Positions 47,161 through 56,323 of a stretch of 64,000 nt of DNA are shown piece by piece. The first letter of the stretch is position 1; the number at the start of each line of letters is the position of its first letter. Under the pieces are notes generated by a model. It made no database searches, was not told where the DNA came from, and saw only the letters and a list, made by a program, of their open reading frames with translations. A program made the position numbers and the translations under genes. Location: assembly GCA_964557205.1 (NCBI GenBank), contig CAZKZI010000001.1, forward strand, positions 29,284 to 93,283. Reading direction: 5' to 3'. This DNA comes from an uncultured Lentisphaeraceae bacterium (GTDB lineage: Bacteria > Verrucomicrobiota > Kiritimatiellia > RFP12 > UBA1067).

Positions 47161-48801
47161 TCACATGCGCGTGTAGCGCGGCCCGTCCCCGCCCTGCGGG
47201 AAGGTCCACTCGATGTTCTGGAACGGGTCCTTGATCTGACACGTCTTGCAGTGCACGCAGTTGGAGAAATCCACATGTATTTGGCCATCCTCCAACCGGT
47301 ACACCTCGGCGGGACAGAACCTTTGACAAGGAGCGCCGTAAAGGTTAATGCATTTTTCACACACTTTACGATCCAAAATTTTGAGGTGGCAAGGCTGATC
47401 CTCGTCATGGATCGTGCCTGACATGAAGACGTCGGTCAAACGGTCGGGCGAGAGCGGGCCGCTTTCGAGTTCCTCCGGCTCCGGCAACCTGCCGCCTTTC
47501 AGCGGCAACATCTCCTCGTGGTCCGGTGCCATCGGCACCTGCCAGAACGGGAACTTGCCGAAGGTCGCCCAGGCGGCACCCGCGCTCATCACACCCAGGA
47601 TCAGATTCGTCGAAAACGGCGCGCGCACGTTCTTGACCCGCTTCAACTGCTTCCAGCCCTCGGTTTTCTTCAGACGCTCACTATAAGGTTTCAAAGCTTC
47701 CAGCGAAAAATCGTCTTTGTTAAAGCACTCCGCCAGGGTCTCGGCCGCCGCCCGCCCGGACTGCGCCGCAATGTGAATGCCCTTGATGCGCAGCGTGTCG
47801 AGCAGACCCGCGCCGTCACCCACGATCAGCACGCCGTCGGCCACCACCTGCGGCACAGAATAATACCCGCCTTCGGGAATGACCTTTGCCCCGTAGGCCA
47901 CCGCCTTGCCGCCCTTGATGTGTTCCGCGATCACCGGATGCGCCTTGAACTTACGGAAAAGCAGGTGCGGGTCAGCCTCCGGCCGCGCATAATCCAAAGC
48001 ATACGCGAAACAGATCATAACCTGCGTCGGTGACACATGATAGACGAAACCGCCGCCGTAGGTGCTCCAGTCTGAAGGATAGCCGAAGGTGTGCGCGATC
48101 TCACCCGCCCGCGACTCGTCGGCCGGCACCTCGATCACCTCTTTTACGCCTACGGCATAAGACTGCGCGCGACTCCCCGCCAGCCCCTTGCGCGCGATCA
48201 GCTTCTCTGTCAGGATTCCGCACCCGCCCTCGCCGAGCACGACGACCTTGGCGTATATCTCCTCGCCGGCCGTGAAGTTCGTTTGGGGCTTGCCGTCACG
48301 GTCCACACCCTTGTCACCGGTGCGCACGCCGATCACGCGCCCCTTGGCGTCCTCGATCAGCTCGACCGCCGCGAACCCGGTGTAGACCTCGGCACCCTCT
48401 TTCTCACAAAGCTGCGCCAAGTACTGCGTCAGCCGGGTCAGCGACCCCACCGGATACCCGTGCGCCTGCATCATCGGCGGTACCCAGGGTATCCTCATCG
48501 CATGCTTGGCGTCGAAAAACATGTGGAACGCCTCTTTGCTCACATGCGCCTCGACCGGCATCTTGCCGATCTCTTCCTCCGTCAGCAAACCGGCAAACCC
48601 GCTCATGTCGATCACCGCGCCGGAAAGCACATGACTGCCGATATTACGCCCCTTGTCAATCACCGTCACACGCGGCACAGACTTGCCCTGAGCCTTCAGC
48701 GTACGCAAAAGCGCCAGCGCCGTTGACAGCGAGGCGACGCCTGCCCCAACGCACAGTATATCGGTTTGTATCGGCTGTTTAGTTTTGTTCGCCATAAACA
48801 C
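47161..48801 (-). CDS. electron-transfer flavoprotein:quinone oxidoreductase (ETF-QO, FixC-like with C-terminal 4Fe-4S ferredoxin domain)
   Basis: 546 aa. FAD motif ILCVGAGVASLSTA. C-terminal CPAEVYRL...CVHCKTCQIKDP iron-sulfur motif typical of ETF-QO. Confidence 0.85.
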   Translation of the reverse strand: MFMANKTKQPIQTDILCVGAGVASLSTALALLRTLKAQGKSVPRVTVIDKGRNIGSHVLSGAVIDMSGFAGLLTEEEIGKMPVEAHVSKEAFHMFFDAKHAMRIPWVPPMMQAHGYPVGSLTRLTQYLAQLCEKEGAEVYTGFAAVELIEDAKGRVIGVRTGDKGVDRDGKPQTNFTAGEEIYAKVVVLGEGGCGILTEKLIARKGLAGSRAQSYAVGVKEVIEVPADESRAGEIAHTFGYPSDWSTYGGGFVYHVSPTQVMICFAYALDYARPEADPHLLFRKFKAHPVIAEHIKGGKAVAYGAKVIPEGGYYSVPQVVADGVLIVGDGAGLLDTLRIKGIHIAAQSGRAAAETLAECFNKDDFSLEALKPYSERLKKTEGWKQLKRVKNVRAPFSTNLILGVMSAGAAWATFGKFPFWQVPMAPDHEEMLPLKGGRLPEPEELESGPLSPDRLTDVFMSGTIHDEDQPCHLKILDRKVCEKCINLYGAPCQRFCPAEVYRLEDGQIHVDFSNCVHCKTCQIKDPFQNIEWTFPQGGDGPRYTRM

Positions 48802-48840
48802 TGCCCCCTAAAAAAATTATGAAATCAGGTTGCCGTCGCC

Positions 48841-50043
48841 TCAACGCCCGTTGCCCTTGTTTGCAAGCGCCTCGATCAGCATCGGCAGCACCTCAAACAG
48901 ATCTCCCACAATTCCCAGATCGGCAATGTTGAAAATCGGAGCGTGCGTATCTGTGTTGACCGCGATGATCGTGTCTGAAGAGCGCATTCCCTCCAGATGC
49001 TGTATCGCGCCCGAGATGCCGAAAGCCAGATAAATCTTCGGACTCACGGTCTTGCCGGTCTGCCCCACCTGATGCGCGGCAGAAATCCAGCCCGCGTCGA
49101 TACAAGCGCGCGAGGCACCCACCACGCCTCCCAGCAGATCCGCCAATTTCTGCAACTGCGCCAGATTCTCGGCCTTCTTCAAGCCGCGCCCGCCAGCAAC
49201 GATGATCTCAGCCTCGGCGATGTTGACGCCGCCAACGTTACGCTCGGCCTTGACAATCCTGCTCCTGGCCGACACCAGCTTCAGCGTCTCGTGCAACATC
49301 TCGCCCTTGCGCCGCGGATCAGGCGTGTTCATCTTAAAGACTTTCGGGCGCACCGTGGCCATCTGCGGCCGATGGTGTGGCGTCATGATCGTGGCCATGA
49401 TGTTGCCGCCGAACGCCGGACGAGTCTGGTGCAGCAGGTGGCTCTCTTTATCAATCGACAGTGCCGTGCAGTCGGCCGTCAGCCCCGTGCGGGCACGCAC
49501 CGCCACCTTCGCGAAAAACGCCCGACCGACTGCCGTGGCGCCGGCCAGGATGACCTCGGGCTTGTATTTGGCGATAAGCTGGTTGAGCGCGTCAGTGTAA
49601 ACGTCTGCCGCGTACTCCGCCAAAGCCGGCTGGTCAACCACATACACCTTGTCGGCTCCCGCCGCGATCAGATAGTTCGCCGACTCTGTTATATTGTGAC
49701 CAAGTATCACTGCCGCCAACTCGCAGCCGCGGTCCTTGGCCAGACGCCGCCCCGTCGAAAGCAGCTCGTAAGCCACCTCCAGAACCTTGCCGTGATGCTG
49801 CTCGGCGAAAACCCAGATGCCCTTGAAAGCCGAAAGATCAACCTTCACCACATTTTCTTCAGCGGTGGACGAGATGGCTTTGAAAGGACACGCTTTGATG
49901 CAGGCGTTGCACGCGCGGCACTCTTCAGGTTTCACCACCGCCAGCTTGCCTTCCATATAAAGAGCATCAAACGGACAGGCGGGTATGCACTTTTTGCAAC
50001 CGCGGCACTTCTCGGGATCAATGTAAATCGGTGCGTCAGCCAT
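48841..50043 (-). CDS. etfA: electron transfer flavoprotein alpha subunit with N-terminal 2x[4Fe-4S] ferredoxin domain
   Basis: CRGCKKCIPACP and CRACNACIKACP ferredoxin motifs followed by EtfA/FixB-like FAD-binding domain (IYLAFGISGAIQHLEGM). Confidence 0.85.
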   Translation of the reverse strand: MADAPIYIDPEKCRGCKKCIPACPFDALYMEGKLAVVKPEECRACNACIKACPFKAISSTAEENVVKVDLSAFKGIWVFAEQHHGKVLEVAYELLSTGRRLAKDRGCELAAVILGHNITESANYLIAAGADKVYVVDQPALAEYAADVYTDALNQLIAKYKPEVILAGATAVGRAFFAKVAVRARTGLTADCTALSIDKESHLLHQTRPAFGGNIMATIMTPHHRPQMATVRPKVFKMNTPDPRRKGEMLHETLKLVSARSRIVKAERNVGGVNIAEAEIIVAGGRGLKKAENLAQLQKLADLLGGVVGASRACIDAGWISAAHQVGQTGKTVSPKIYLAFGISGAIQHLEGMRSSDTIIAVNTDTHAPIFNIADLGIVGDLFEVLPMLIEALANKGNGR

Positions 50044-50046
50044 AAC

Positions 50047-50838
50047 TTACGCCACCCCCTTGTCTTGCAACAGCTTGACTATCGCCTGGACCGCAGCTTC
50101 CGGCGCCTCACGCCCGTCCATCTTCAAGCCCCCCGTCTTCGTCGGCGGCGCGAAAATCTTGACCACCTTGGTCGGCGAACCGTCCAGACCGCACATCTCC
50201 GCCACCGCCCCCACGTCCTTGGCCCCCCATCGCGGGATCTCGGCGCTCTTGGCCGACATCCAGCCGCTCAAACTCGCAAAACGCGGTGTCGAAGCCTCTT
50301 TAACCACCGTCATCACAGCCGGCAGCCGCCCTTCGAGCACGTCCACGCCCTCGTCCATTAGCGTCTCGGCCGTGAAAACCCCGTCGCTGACCTTGACACT
50401 CTTGACATAGGTAACCAGCGGCATGTCCAGAAACTCCGATACCCCCGGACCCACCTGCGCCGTGTCTCCGTCAATCGCCTGCTTACCGAAAAGCACCAGA
50501 TCCGGACGGGCGTTGATCTTTTTGATGGCTTGCGCGATGGCATAGGAGGTCGCCAGCGTGTCCGCCCCTGCAAAAGCGCGATCCGTCAAAAGCACCCCGT
50601 CATCCGCGCCGCGCGCCATAGCCTCGCGCAGCACCACGTCCGCCTGCGGCGGCCCCATGCTGATTACCGTCACACGCGCTCCCGTGACGTCCTTCAGGCG
50701 CAACGCCTCCTCCAGCGCATACTCGTCAAAGGGGTTCATGATACTCTCGACCCCCTCGCGCATCAAAGTATTGGTCTCCGGATTGATGCGCACGTTCGTC
50801 GTGTCCGGAACCTGCTTCACGCAAACAACAATATGCAT
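50047..50838 (-). CDS. etfB: electron transfer flavoprotein beta subunit
   Basis: MHIVVCVKQVPDTTNVRINPETNTLMREGVESIMNPFDEYALEEALRLKD is a canonical EtfB/FixA N-terminus. Confidence 0.85.
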   Translation of the reverse strand: MHIVVCVKQVPDTTNVRINPETNTLMREGVESIMNPFDEYALEEALRLKDVTGARVTVISMGPPQADVVLREAMARGADDGVLLTDRAFAGADTLATSYAIAQAIKKINARPDLVLFGKQAIDGDTAQVGPGVSEFLDMPLVTYVKSVKVSDGVFTAETLMDEGVDVLEGRLPAVMTVVKEASTPRFASLSGWMSAKSAEIPRWGAKDVGAVAEMCGLDGSPTKVVKIFAPPTKTGGLKMDGREAPEAAVQAIVKLLQDKGVA

Positions 50839-51217
50839 GGCTCTCCCCGTTTTATAAGCCCGCTCACAGGCCTGATACCTGTTTCATGCTGACTATTAAA
50901 CCAAAAATACGATACCCTGTCATGTCCACCATTTGGTTATATTTTTAGCAACCGCTCAGAAGTCAGTATTCACAAGGAAAACCCAGCCGGCCAAAAAGGA
51001 ACACCAAGCGAGAATGTAGATTGGGGATTTTCAATTTGCGATTTAGACTGGGTCTTGCGTCTTGGGGTCCTGAGTCCGAATAGCATGACCCTGAGGACGG
51101 TTCTGGGAACTATCCGCTCCAACATCTGCGATCCGCATGGTAGGGACGCATCCCCTGTTTTTCCCCTCTCCATTGCGTCCACTTGGTGGTCGCAATAACT
51201 GGTTCCTTAGTTTTCTC

Positions 51218-52363
51218 TTACGGGAGCTTGGTATTGGGTTTAACCGCATCTTGGGGCCAGGGATTCTTAGCTCCAAATACAAGCATCTGCGCACGAGTCT
51301 CGCTCACAAAAAAAGATTCGTCGATTTTTCCATCAACCTCGGTCACCCTGCTGAGATCCAGCTTTAAATGCTTTGCCAGAAAGGGGTAGGCTGCCATCCG
51401 TTTGGAAACGCCGTAATCATGCTTCTCCTCAGCAAAGTGGGCATTCTCAACTTTATCACCCGCATCGTAAAGCTCATAGACCTGCTTCACATAAGGATAT
51501 TCAACCTGCGGGGTGTTCACCGTCCAGTCATGTCCATTCGAAATCATCAGCATTGGACGTGGAGCGGCCATTGCGGCAATTTCAACATTGCTGGTTTTAT
51601 GCGTTTTGCTCCAGTGAATCGGCATACCGCTCTCGCATACACAGCCGCCAAAGAAATGGGCGGATATCTGGCAGACCGGAACACTCACCGCAATGCGAGG
51701 ATCAATCGCAGTCAGAATAAAAGTTTGTGTCCCGCCCCCTGAACAACCGGTCATTCCAATTCGCTTTGGATCGACATCCGGCAGCGTGAGCATAAAGTCC
51801 AGAACCCGAATGCTGTTCCATGTCATCAGCCTAAGAACCTCCGGTGTGTCTGCGTGTGACCAGCCAGCCTCCTTGGAATCGCCATAGCCAACCATGTCAT
51901 AAAGAAATACCGCCGCGCCCATCTTTGCCAGCACCGCGCAACGGCATTGGCGCGAATCTCGGAAACGTCCCCCATGTCCATGAGGGCAGAGAATACCGGC
52001 CAGCGAACCACTGAAATCGGCAGGACGGTAGAGAGTCCCCGTGACATAAAAACCAGGCGAACTTTGAATAGCTACGCTCTCGACAATATATCCGTTATAT
52101 GCACGCTTATTGTAAAACTGTGGCTTGAGATCAGTTCTCGCGGGAAGCTCTGTCAGCCTTGCACCTGCTAAAATGCCTGCCAATAAATTCGCCCGTCGTT
52201 TTTTCCATCCCGCCAAATCCGAGTAGGTGCTTTTAAACTCCGCGAGCTCTTTGACAGCTTCCTCCGGTGTCTGCGCATATCCCACCCGCAACTGAAGTTC
52301 ATCGGCATTGGCAGACACACAGAACAATAGTGATACAAACAAGAGAAACGTAATTTTTTTCAT
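51218..52363 (-). CDS. secreted alpha/beta-hydrolase esterase (acetyl-xylan-esterase/dienelactone-hydrolase-like)
   Basis: Signal peptide [20 protein letters not shown]. Nucleophile elbow TGCSGGG. GHGG oxyanion-like motif. GC content (~50%) lower than surrounding genome. Confidence 0.6.
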   Translation of the reverse strand: MKKITFLLFVSLLFCVSANADELQLRVGYAQTPEEAVKELAEFKSTYSDLAGWKKRRANLLAGILAGARLTELPARTDLKPQFYNKRAYNGYIVESVAIQSSPGFYVTGTLYRPADFSGSLAGILCPHGHGGRFRDSRQCRCAVLAKMGAAVFLYDMVGYGDSKEAGWSHADTPEVLRLMTWNSIRVLDFMLTLPDVDPKRIGMTGCSGGGTQTFILTAIDPRIAVSVPVCQISAHFFGGCVCESGMPIHWSKTHKTSNVEIAAMAAPRPMLMISNGHDWTVNTPQVEYPYVKQVYELYDAGDKVENAHFAEEKHDYGVSKRMAAYPFLAKHLKLDLSRVTEVDGKIDESFFVSETRAQMLVFGAKNPWPQDAVKPNTKLP

Positions 52364-52492
52364 GTGCCAAAATATCTTTGTTTAATGGGAGTTTGTCAAG
52401 AATGTTAACTGGCGTGAGTTTATTTTAGGTTGTTTGTGTTTATATTTTTTGATTGTACTATCCCGCCCGTAAAGCTGATAATCTTTTCCACT

Positions 52493-53515
52493 ATGAAAAA
52501 AACATCTTTTGCATTCGTCGTCAGCGGTAGACTCTTGTCCGCCATCATCCTTGCGTTCACCACACTTGAAGGCACCGCCGCGCCATGTTGCGCTAACCCT
52601 TATATCGGCCGATGGGCCTTGACCATCCCCGGCGGAGGCGCGGGCTGGCTCGGCATCGAACAACAAGCCTGCGGCGCGCTCAAAGGCTCGATCCTCTGGG
52701 GCGGCGGTAGCGTCGTGCCCGTGAGCGAAACCAAGCTTGAAGGCAACACGCTGCTGATCGTCCGCAACCACAATCGCAAGAAGGACGGCAAGAGTGTGCA
52801 GTATGTCGAAACCATCACCGCCCGCCTCGATAACAACAAGCTGGCCCTGTCCACCCGCACCGTGGACGAGACCGGCAAACAGATCGGTCAGGCTGACTTC
52901 ACCGGCCAGCGCATTCCCGACCTTCCGTCGCGTCCGGATCTCGCCAAACTAAAGTTCGGTGCACCCGTCAAACTGATCGCCTCCACCGATCTCTCCGGCT
53001 GGAAGGCCATGAACGCGAAAGCCCCCAACTTCTGGTCGGTCGCCGACGGCACCCTCGGCAACCGTGTTCCAAAAGGCCCTGACAACAAAAAACTGCACGG
53101 CACCAACATCCGCACCGAGGCCGAGTTTGAGGATTTCAACCTCAAGACTGAAGTGCGCGTGCCCAAAAACGGCAACAGCGGCATCTACCTGCGCGGCATC
53201 TACGAGGTGCAGGTCGCGGAAACCTTCGGCAAACCTTGCGACTCCCACAACATGGGCGCGCTCTACAGCCGCATCACCCCCTCCAGTGCCGCCGAGAAAC
53301 CGGCCGACGAGTGGCAGACCCTCGACATCACCCTCGCCAACCGCCACCTGACCGTGATCCTAAACAACACCGTCATCATCGACAACCAGCCCGTGCTCGG
53401 CTGTACCGGCGGTGCCATGACCTCTGACGAATTCCGCCCCGGCCCGATCTACCTGCAAGGCGACCACACCAATGTCGACTACCGCAACATGATCCTGACT
53501 CCGATCGTCAAATAA
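52493..53515 (+). CDS. DUF1080 (3-keto-disaccharide hydrolase / LamG-like jelly-roll) domain protein, secreted
   Basis: Signal peptide. Duplicated jelly-roll with GIYLRGIYEVQVAETFGK and IYLQGDHTNVDYRNMIL motifs typical of DUF1080. ATG 52493 chosen. Confidence 0.65.
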   Translation: MKKTSFAFVVSGRLLSAIILAFTTLEGTAAPCCANPYIGRWALTIPGGGAGWLGIEQQACGALKGSILWGGGSVVPVSETKLEGNTLLIVRNHNRKKDGKSVQYVETITARLDNNKLALSTRTVDETGKQIGQADFTGQRIPDLPSRPDLAKLKFGAPVKLIASTDLSGWKAMNAKAPNFWSVADGTLGNRVPKGPDNKKLHGTNIRTEAEFEDFNLKTEVRVPKNGNSGIYLRGIYEVQVAETFGKPCDSHNMGALYSRITPSSAAEKPADEWQTLDITLANRHLTVILNNTVIIDNQPVLGCTGGAMTSDEFRPGPIYLQGDHTNVDYRNMILTPIVK

Positions 53516-53550
53516 CCGGTTTCCCCATCCGGTCAACTTGGTCAATTGTT

Positions 53551-53567
53551 AACTAGGGGACAGGTTG
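53551..53567. repeat. direct repeat copy 1 (aacTaggggacaggttg) immediately 3' of fucosidase gene
   Basis: 16/17 identical to 55401-55417 (aacCaggggacaggttg). The pair brackets the low-GC fucosidase gene plus its AT-rich upstream region (~1.85 kb). Confidence 0.55.
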
Positions 53568-53570
53568 AAA

Positions 53571-55034
53571 TCACTTTACCTCTACCTTTAAGGCAAAACC
53601 CGGAACATTGTTTCTGTTAATGACAGGCAGACTGATGTCAATCTTATCGCCTGAAATTTTCCATTCCAGCCTTCCCTTTTCGCCCAGTAGTCTTACACTC
53701 TTGATCTCGTGCCGGAGATCGTAAAGTGCTTTAACGCTTACCTTCCGGTTCACATTGGAAGCAATGGATATAACATAAACATTGTTGCCCTTCCTGGTAA
53801 ACCAGAAATCATCTGACGTAAAAACAGTATTAAACCCATGTTCTTTCCTGTCGGCAGTGCCTTTCATATCCAGGGTGGTAGATCCTTCTTTCCGAGTTGT
53901 CCAGCTGCCGGTGCCATAAATAGCCTCTCCGTTAATCTTCATCCAGGCCCCTATATCCTTTAATATTTTAACACTGGCCTCCGGTATTACCCCATTTTCG
54001 TCTGGCCCGACATTCAGCAGGTAATTTCCTCCCTTGCTGGCAATCTCAACAATCCAGAAAAGCATTTCATTTAATGATTTCCAGTCTTTATCATAGCTCT
54101 TATACCCCCAGGTGTTATTCAATGTTCCCGGGGTCTCCCATATTTTGTATCTACTGTTTATGGCAGTTGGAATCTGGTTGTCTCCAGCAGTAAGCAGATC
54201 CCCGAATCCATTTCCCACACGACTGTTTACAAGGCATTCGGGTTGATATTCATATACAAGCTTATAGAAATCAAAACTCTGCTGCCTGTTCATGTACCTG
54301 GGGAAATCGTACCATATTTCAACCAGGTCGGGAAATCTGGCGAGTATCTCCCTCATCTGTGGTTTTGCTTTGTTTTCAATATATTCATCGTATGATACCG
54401 GGGATGGATCCCATGTATTGGATGCATGTGTGTCATTCATCTTCGGATTAGCCTTTTTAGCCTGTGCTATTCCGGCATCACCCCCGTCCATCCAGTCAAT
54501 TGAATGGGAATAATATATACCGAATCTGATTCCGTATTTCTGGCAGGCCTTGTAAAGCTCCTCCATAGGATCGCGTTTAAAGGGAGTCAGATCATAAATG
54601 TTATAATCTGTAACCTTTGAATGGTACATGGCAAAGCCGTCATGATGCTTTGGCATGGCGACAATATACTTCATTCCAGCATCTTTAGCCAGCTTAACCC
54701 ACTCTTCCGCATTGAATCCCACTGGATTGAATGTTTTTGCAATTTCCCGGTATTCATCCCGCGGTATCTGTGCACTGTACATTATCCATTCACCTATTAT
54801 GGCCTGTCCTCCATGCGTTTCAGGAATGATATTTACTCCCTTATATATTCCACCAAGCTTTGAGTAAACGCCCCAGTGTATGAACATACCAAATTTAAGT
54901 TCATTATAACTCTTAAACTGATCCTTCTTTGACGAATACATCTTTCCCCATTCTGACTGGATCATGTCTTCTTCCTGTGAAAAAGCAAATCCAAAAGAAC
55001 AAAGACAGACTACAGCAAACACTATTTCTTTCAT
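53571..55034 (-). CDS. alpha-L-fucosidase, glycoside hydrolase family 29
   Basis: GH29 hallmarks FGMFIHWGVYS, KYIVAMPKHHDGFAMYHSKVTDYNI. Signal peptide MKEIVFAVVCLCSFGFAFSQ. Markedly low GC (~45%) versus ~62% flanks. ATG 55034 chosen (track start 55043 is TTG). Confidence 0.85.
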   Translation of the reverse strand: MKEIVFAVVCLCSFGFAFSQEEDMIQSEWGKMYSSKKDQFKSYNELKFGMFIHWGVYSKLGGIYKGVNIIPETHGGQAIIGEWIMYSAQIPRDEYREIAKTFNPVGFNAEEWVKLAKDAGMKYIVAMPKHHDGFAMYHSKVTDYNIYDLTPFKRDPMEELYKACQKYGIRFGIYYSHSIDWMDGGDAGIAQAKKANPKMNDTHASNTWDPSPVSYDEYIENKAKPQMREILARFPDLVEIWYDFPRYMNRQQSFDFYKLVYEYQPECLVNSRVGNGFGDLLTAGDNQIPTAINSRYKIWETPGTLNNTWGYKSYDKDWKSLNEMLFWIVEIASKGGNYLLNVGPDENGVIPEASVKILKDIGAWMKINGEAIYGTGSWTTRKEGSTTLDMKGTADRKEHGFNTVFTSDDFWFTRKGNNVYVISIASNVNRKVSVKALYDLRHEIKSVRLLGEKGRLEWKISGDKIDISLPVINRNNVPGFALKVEVK

Positions 55035-55400
55035 GGTATGCAACCTTTCCGGGGCAACCTCGATACGCCCGGTAGTTTTCAGACAGGGAAGAGCGCGAAG
55101 AACGGCCCTTTATGCCTGTACGTTACCTTTTCCCCACCTGCACCTGCAGACAGTCCAAAACTAATCCTTTAAAGCGCCAAGATTATCGCCTTTGCCAATT
55201 ACCGGCAAGTGTAATTAATTGGATGTGGGACAAAAAAGTGACTTTACCTTGTAAAGCGGTTCATGCGGCCTTCTTACGAAGAGTCGCCCATCTTTTTTAT
55301 GACTGGTAATGCCTCAGTTATTGGCAGGTAATTACTTCTAATTCCGTAGATCAATAATTATGTGATGAAAAAAATAAGGCTCCTCGGCAGAATTTGTGGG

Positions 55401-55417
55401 TAAACCAGGGGACAGGT
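55401..55417. repeat. direct repeat copy 2 (aacCaggggacaggttg) upstream of fucosidase cassette
   Basis: See copy 1 at 53551-53567. Confidence 0.55.
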
Positions 55418-55547
55418 TGTTTATGTTACCATACCACTGACAGCCGCGCGGACGCGTCTGCACCCGCCGCCTCCCAAACGCGGGCTTTGCGGTGTTCCGG
55501 CGATGTGTTACAGTACATCTATGCTTTATAGGTGAAGAGAATGTGAC

Positions 55548-55850
55548 ATGCCCACACTGCAATGGTTGGACGACGACCAGGCCCGGAGAACCGTCGAAAA
55601 GGTGCCGTACCGGATGCTCCGGCCGGACGATGCGCTCTCGTGCGGTGACACTGACATTGTCACCATGCTCATTCTGGGCGACAAGCGCACGGCCAGCGGG
55701 AACGTGCTCAATTCTACGGTTTACGCCGGCCTGCCGCCGTTTGACGGGCCGAAGGTGATTTACGGGGAGTGGTGCCAATGGGGCACGGAGCGGCTCAAGC
55801 GTGAAAAGGTGGCGTTCAAGCAGACGCCGTATGACATCCGCGTGCGATGA
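55548..55850 (+). CDS. hypothetical protein (100 aa)
   Basis: GC-consistent ORF with purine-rich RBS-like sequence upstream. No recognisable family. No signal peptide. Confidence 0.35.
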   Translation: MPTLQWLDDDQARRTVEKVPYRMLRPDDALSCGDTDIVTMLILGDKRTASGNVLNSTVYAGLPPFDGPKVIYGEWCQWGTERLKREKVAFKQTPYDIRVR

Positions 55851-55915
55851 GAAAAAAGAGCGAAAGAGGTTTAGCCGCAAAGAGCGCAGAGAACGAAAAG
55901 AAGGGAGAGATGGGT

Positions 55916-56323
55916 ATGAAGACCATGAAAGAGTTGTGCGATATCGTGCGGGAAACGGCGTATGCGATACACGTCTATCATGGTCAGGGGCATTTGGAGA
56001 AGGTTTACGAGAACGCCTTAGCCCATCGGTTGCGTAAGGCCGGCGTTGAGGTGATGCAGCAACAGCCGCTCACCGTGTATGACGAGGACGGAACGGTGAT
56101 CGGCGAGTATTTTGCGGATCTGTTTGTGGACGGCCGGCTGATTGTCGAGTTGAAGGCGTGTCGCGCGTTGGCGCCGGAACACACCGCGCAGACGCTGGGA
56201 TACTTGAAATCTGCGAGGATTGAGGATGGGATGCTGATCAACTTCGGGAGCTTCAGGTTTCAGATACAGAAGTATGCGTTGCGTGATGCGGTAAGGCCGA
56301 AAGAGGGAATTGAAGAGGTTTAG
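55916..56323 (+). CDS. GxxExxY family protein (PD-(D/E)XK-like small protein family)
   Basis: ~135 aa. VYENALAHRLRKAGVEV...YFADLFVDGRLIVELKA...HTAQTLGYLKSARIEDGMLINFG matches the GxxExxY family pattern. ATG 55916 with AAGGGAGAG RBS. Confidence 0.75.
   Translation: MKTMKELCDIVRETAYAIHVYHGQGHLEKVYENALAHRLRKAGVEVMQQQPLTVYDEDGTVIGEYFADLFVDGRLIVELKACRALAPEHTAQTLGYLKSARIEDGMLINFGSFRFQIQKYALRDAVRPKEGIEEV

Noticed and set aside
50839-51217. RNase P RNA / tmRNA / SRP RNA in the 380-bp ORF-free spacer
   Set aside because: Could not find the conserved P4 (AGTCCGGGC-like), tmRNA tRNA-like 3' end or SRP domain-IV motifs. Left as unassigned non-coding spacer.
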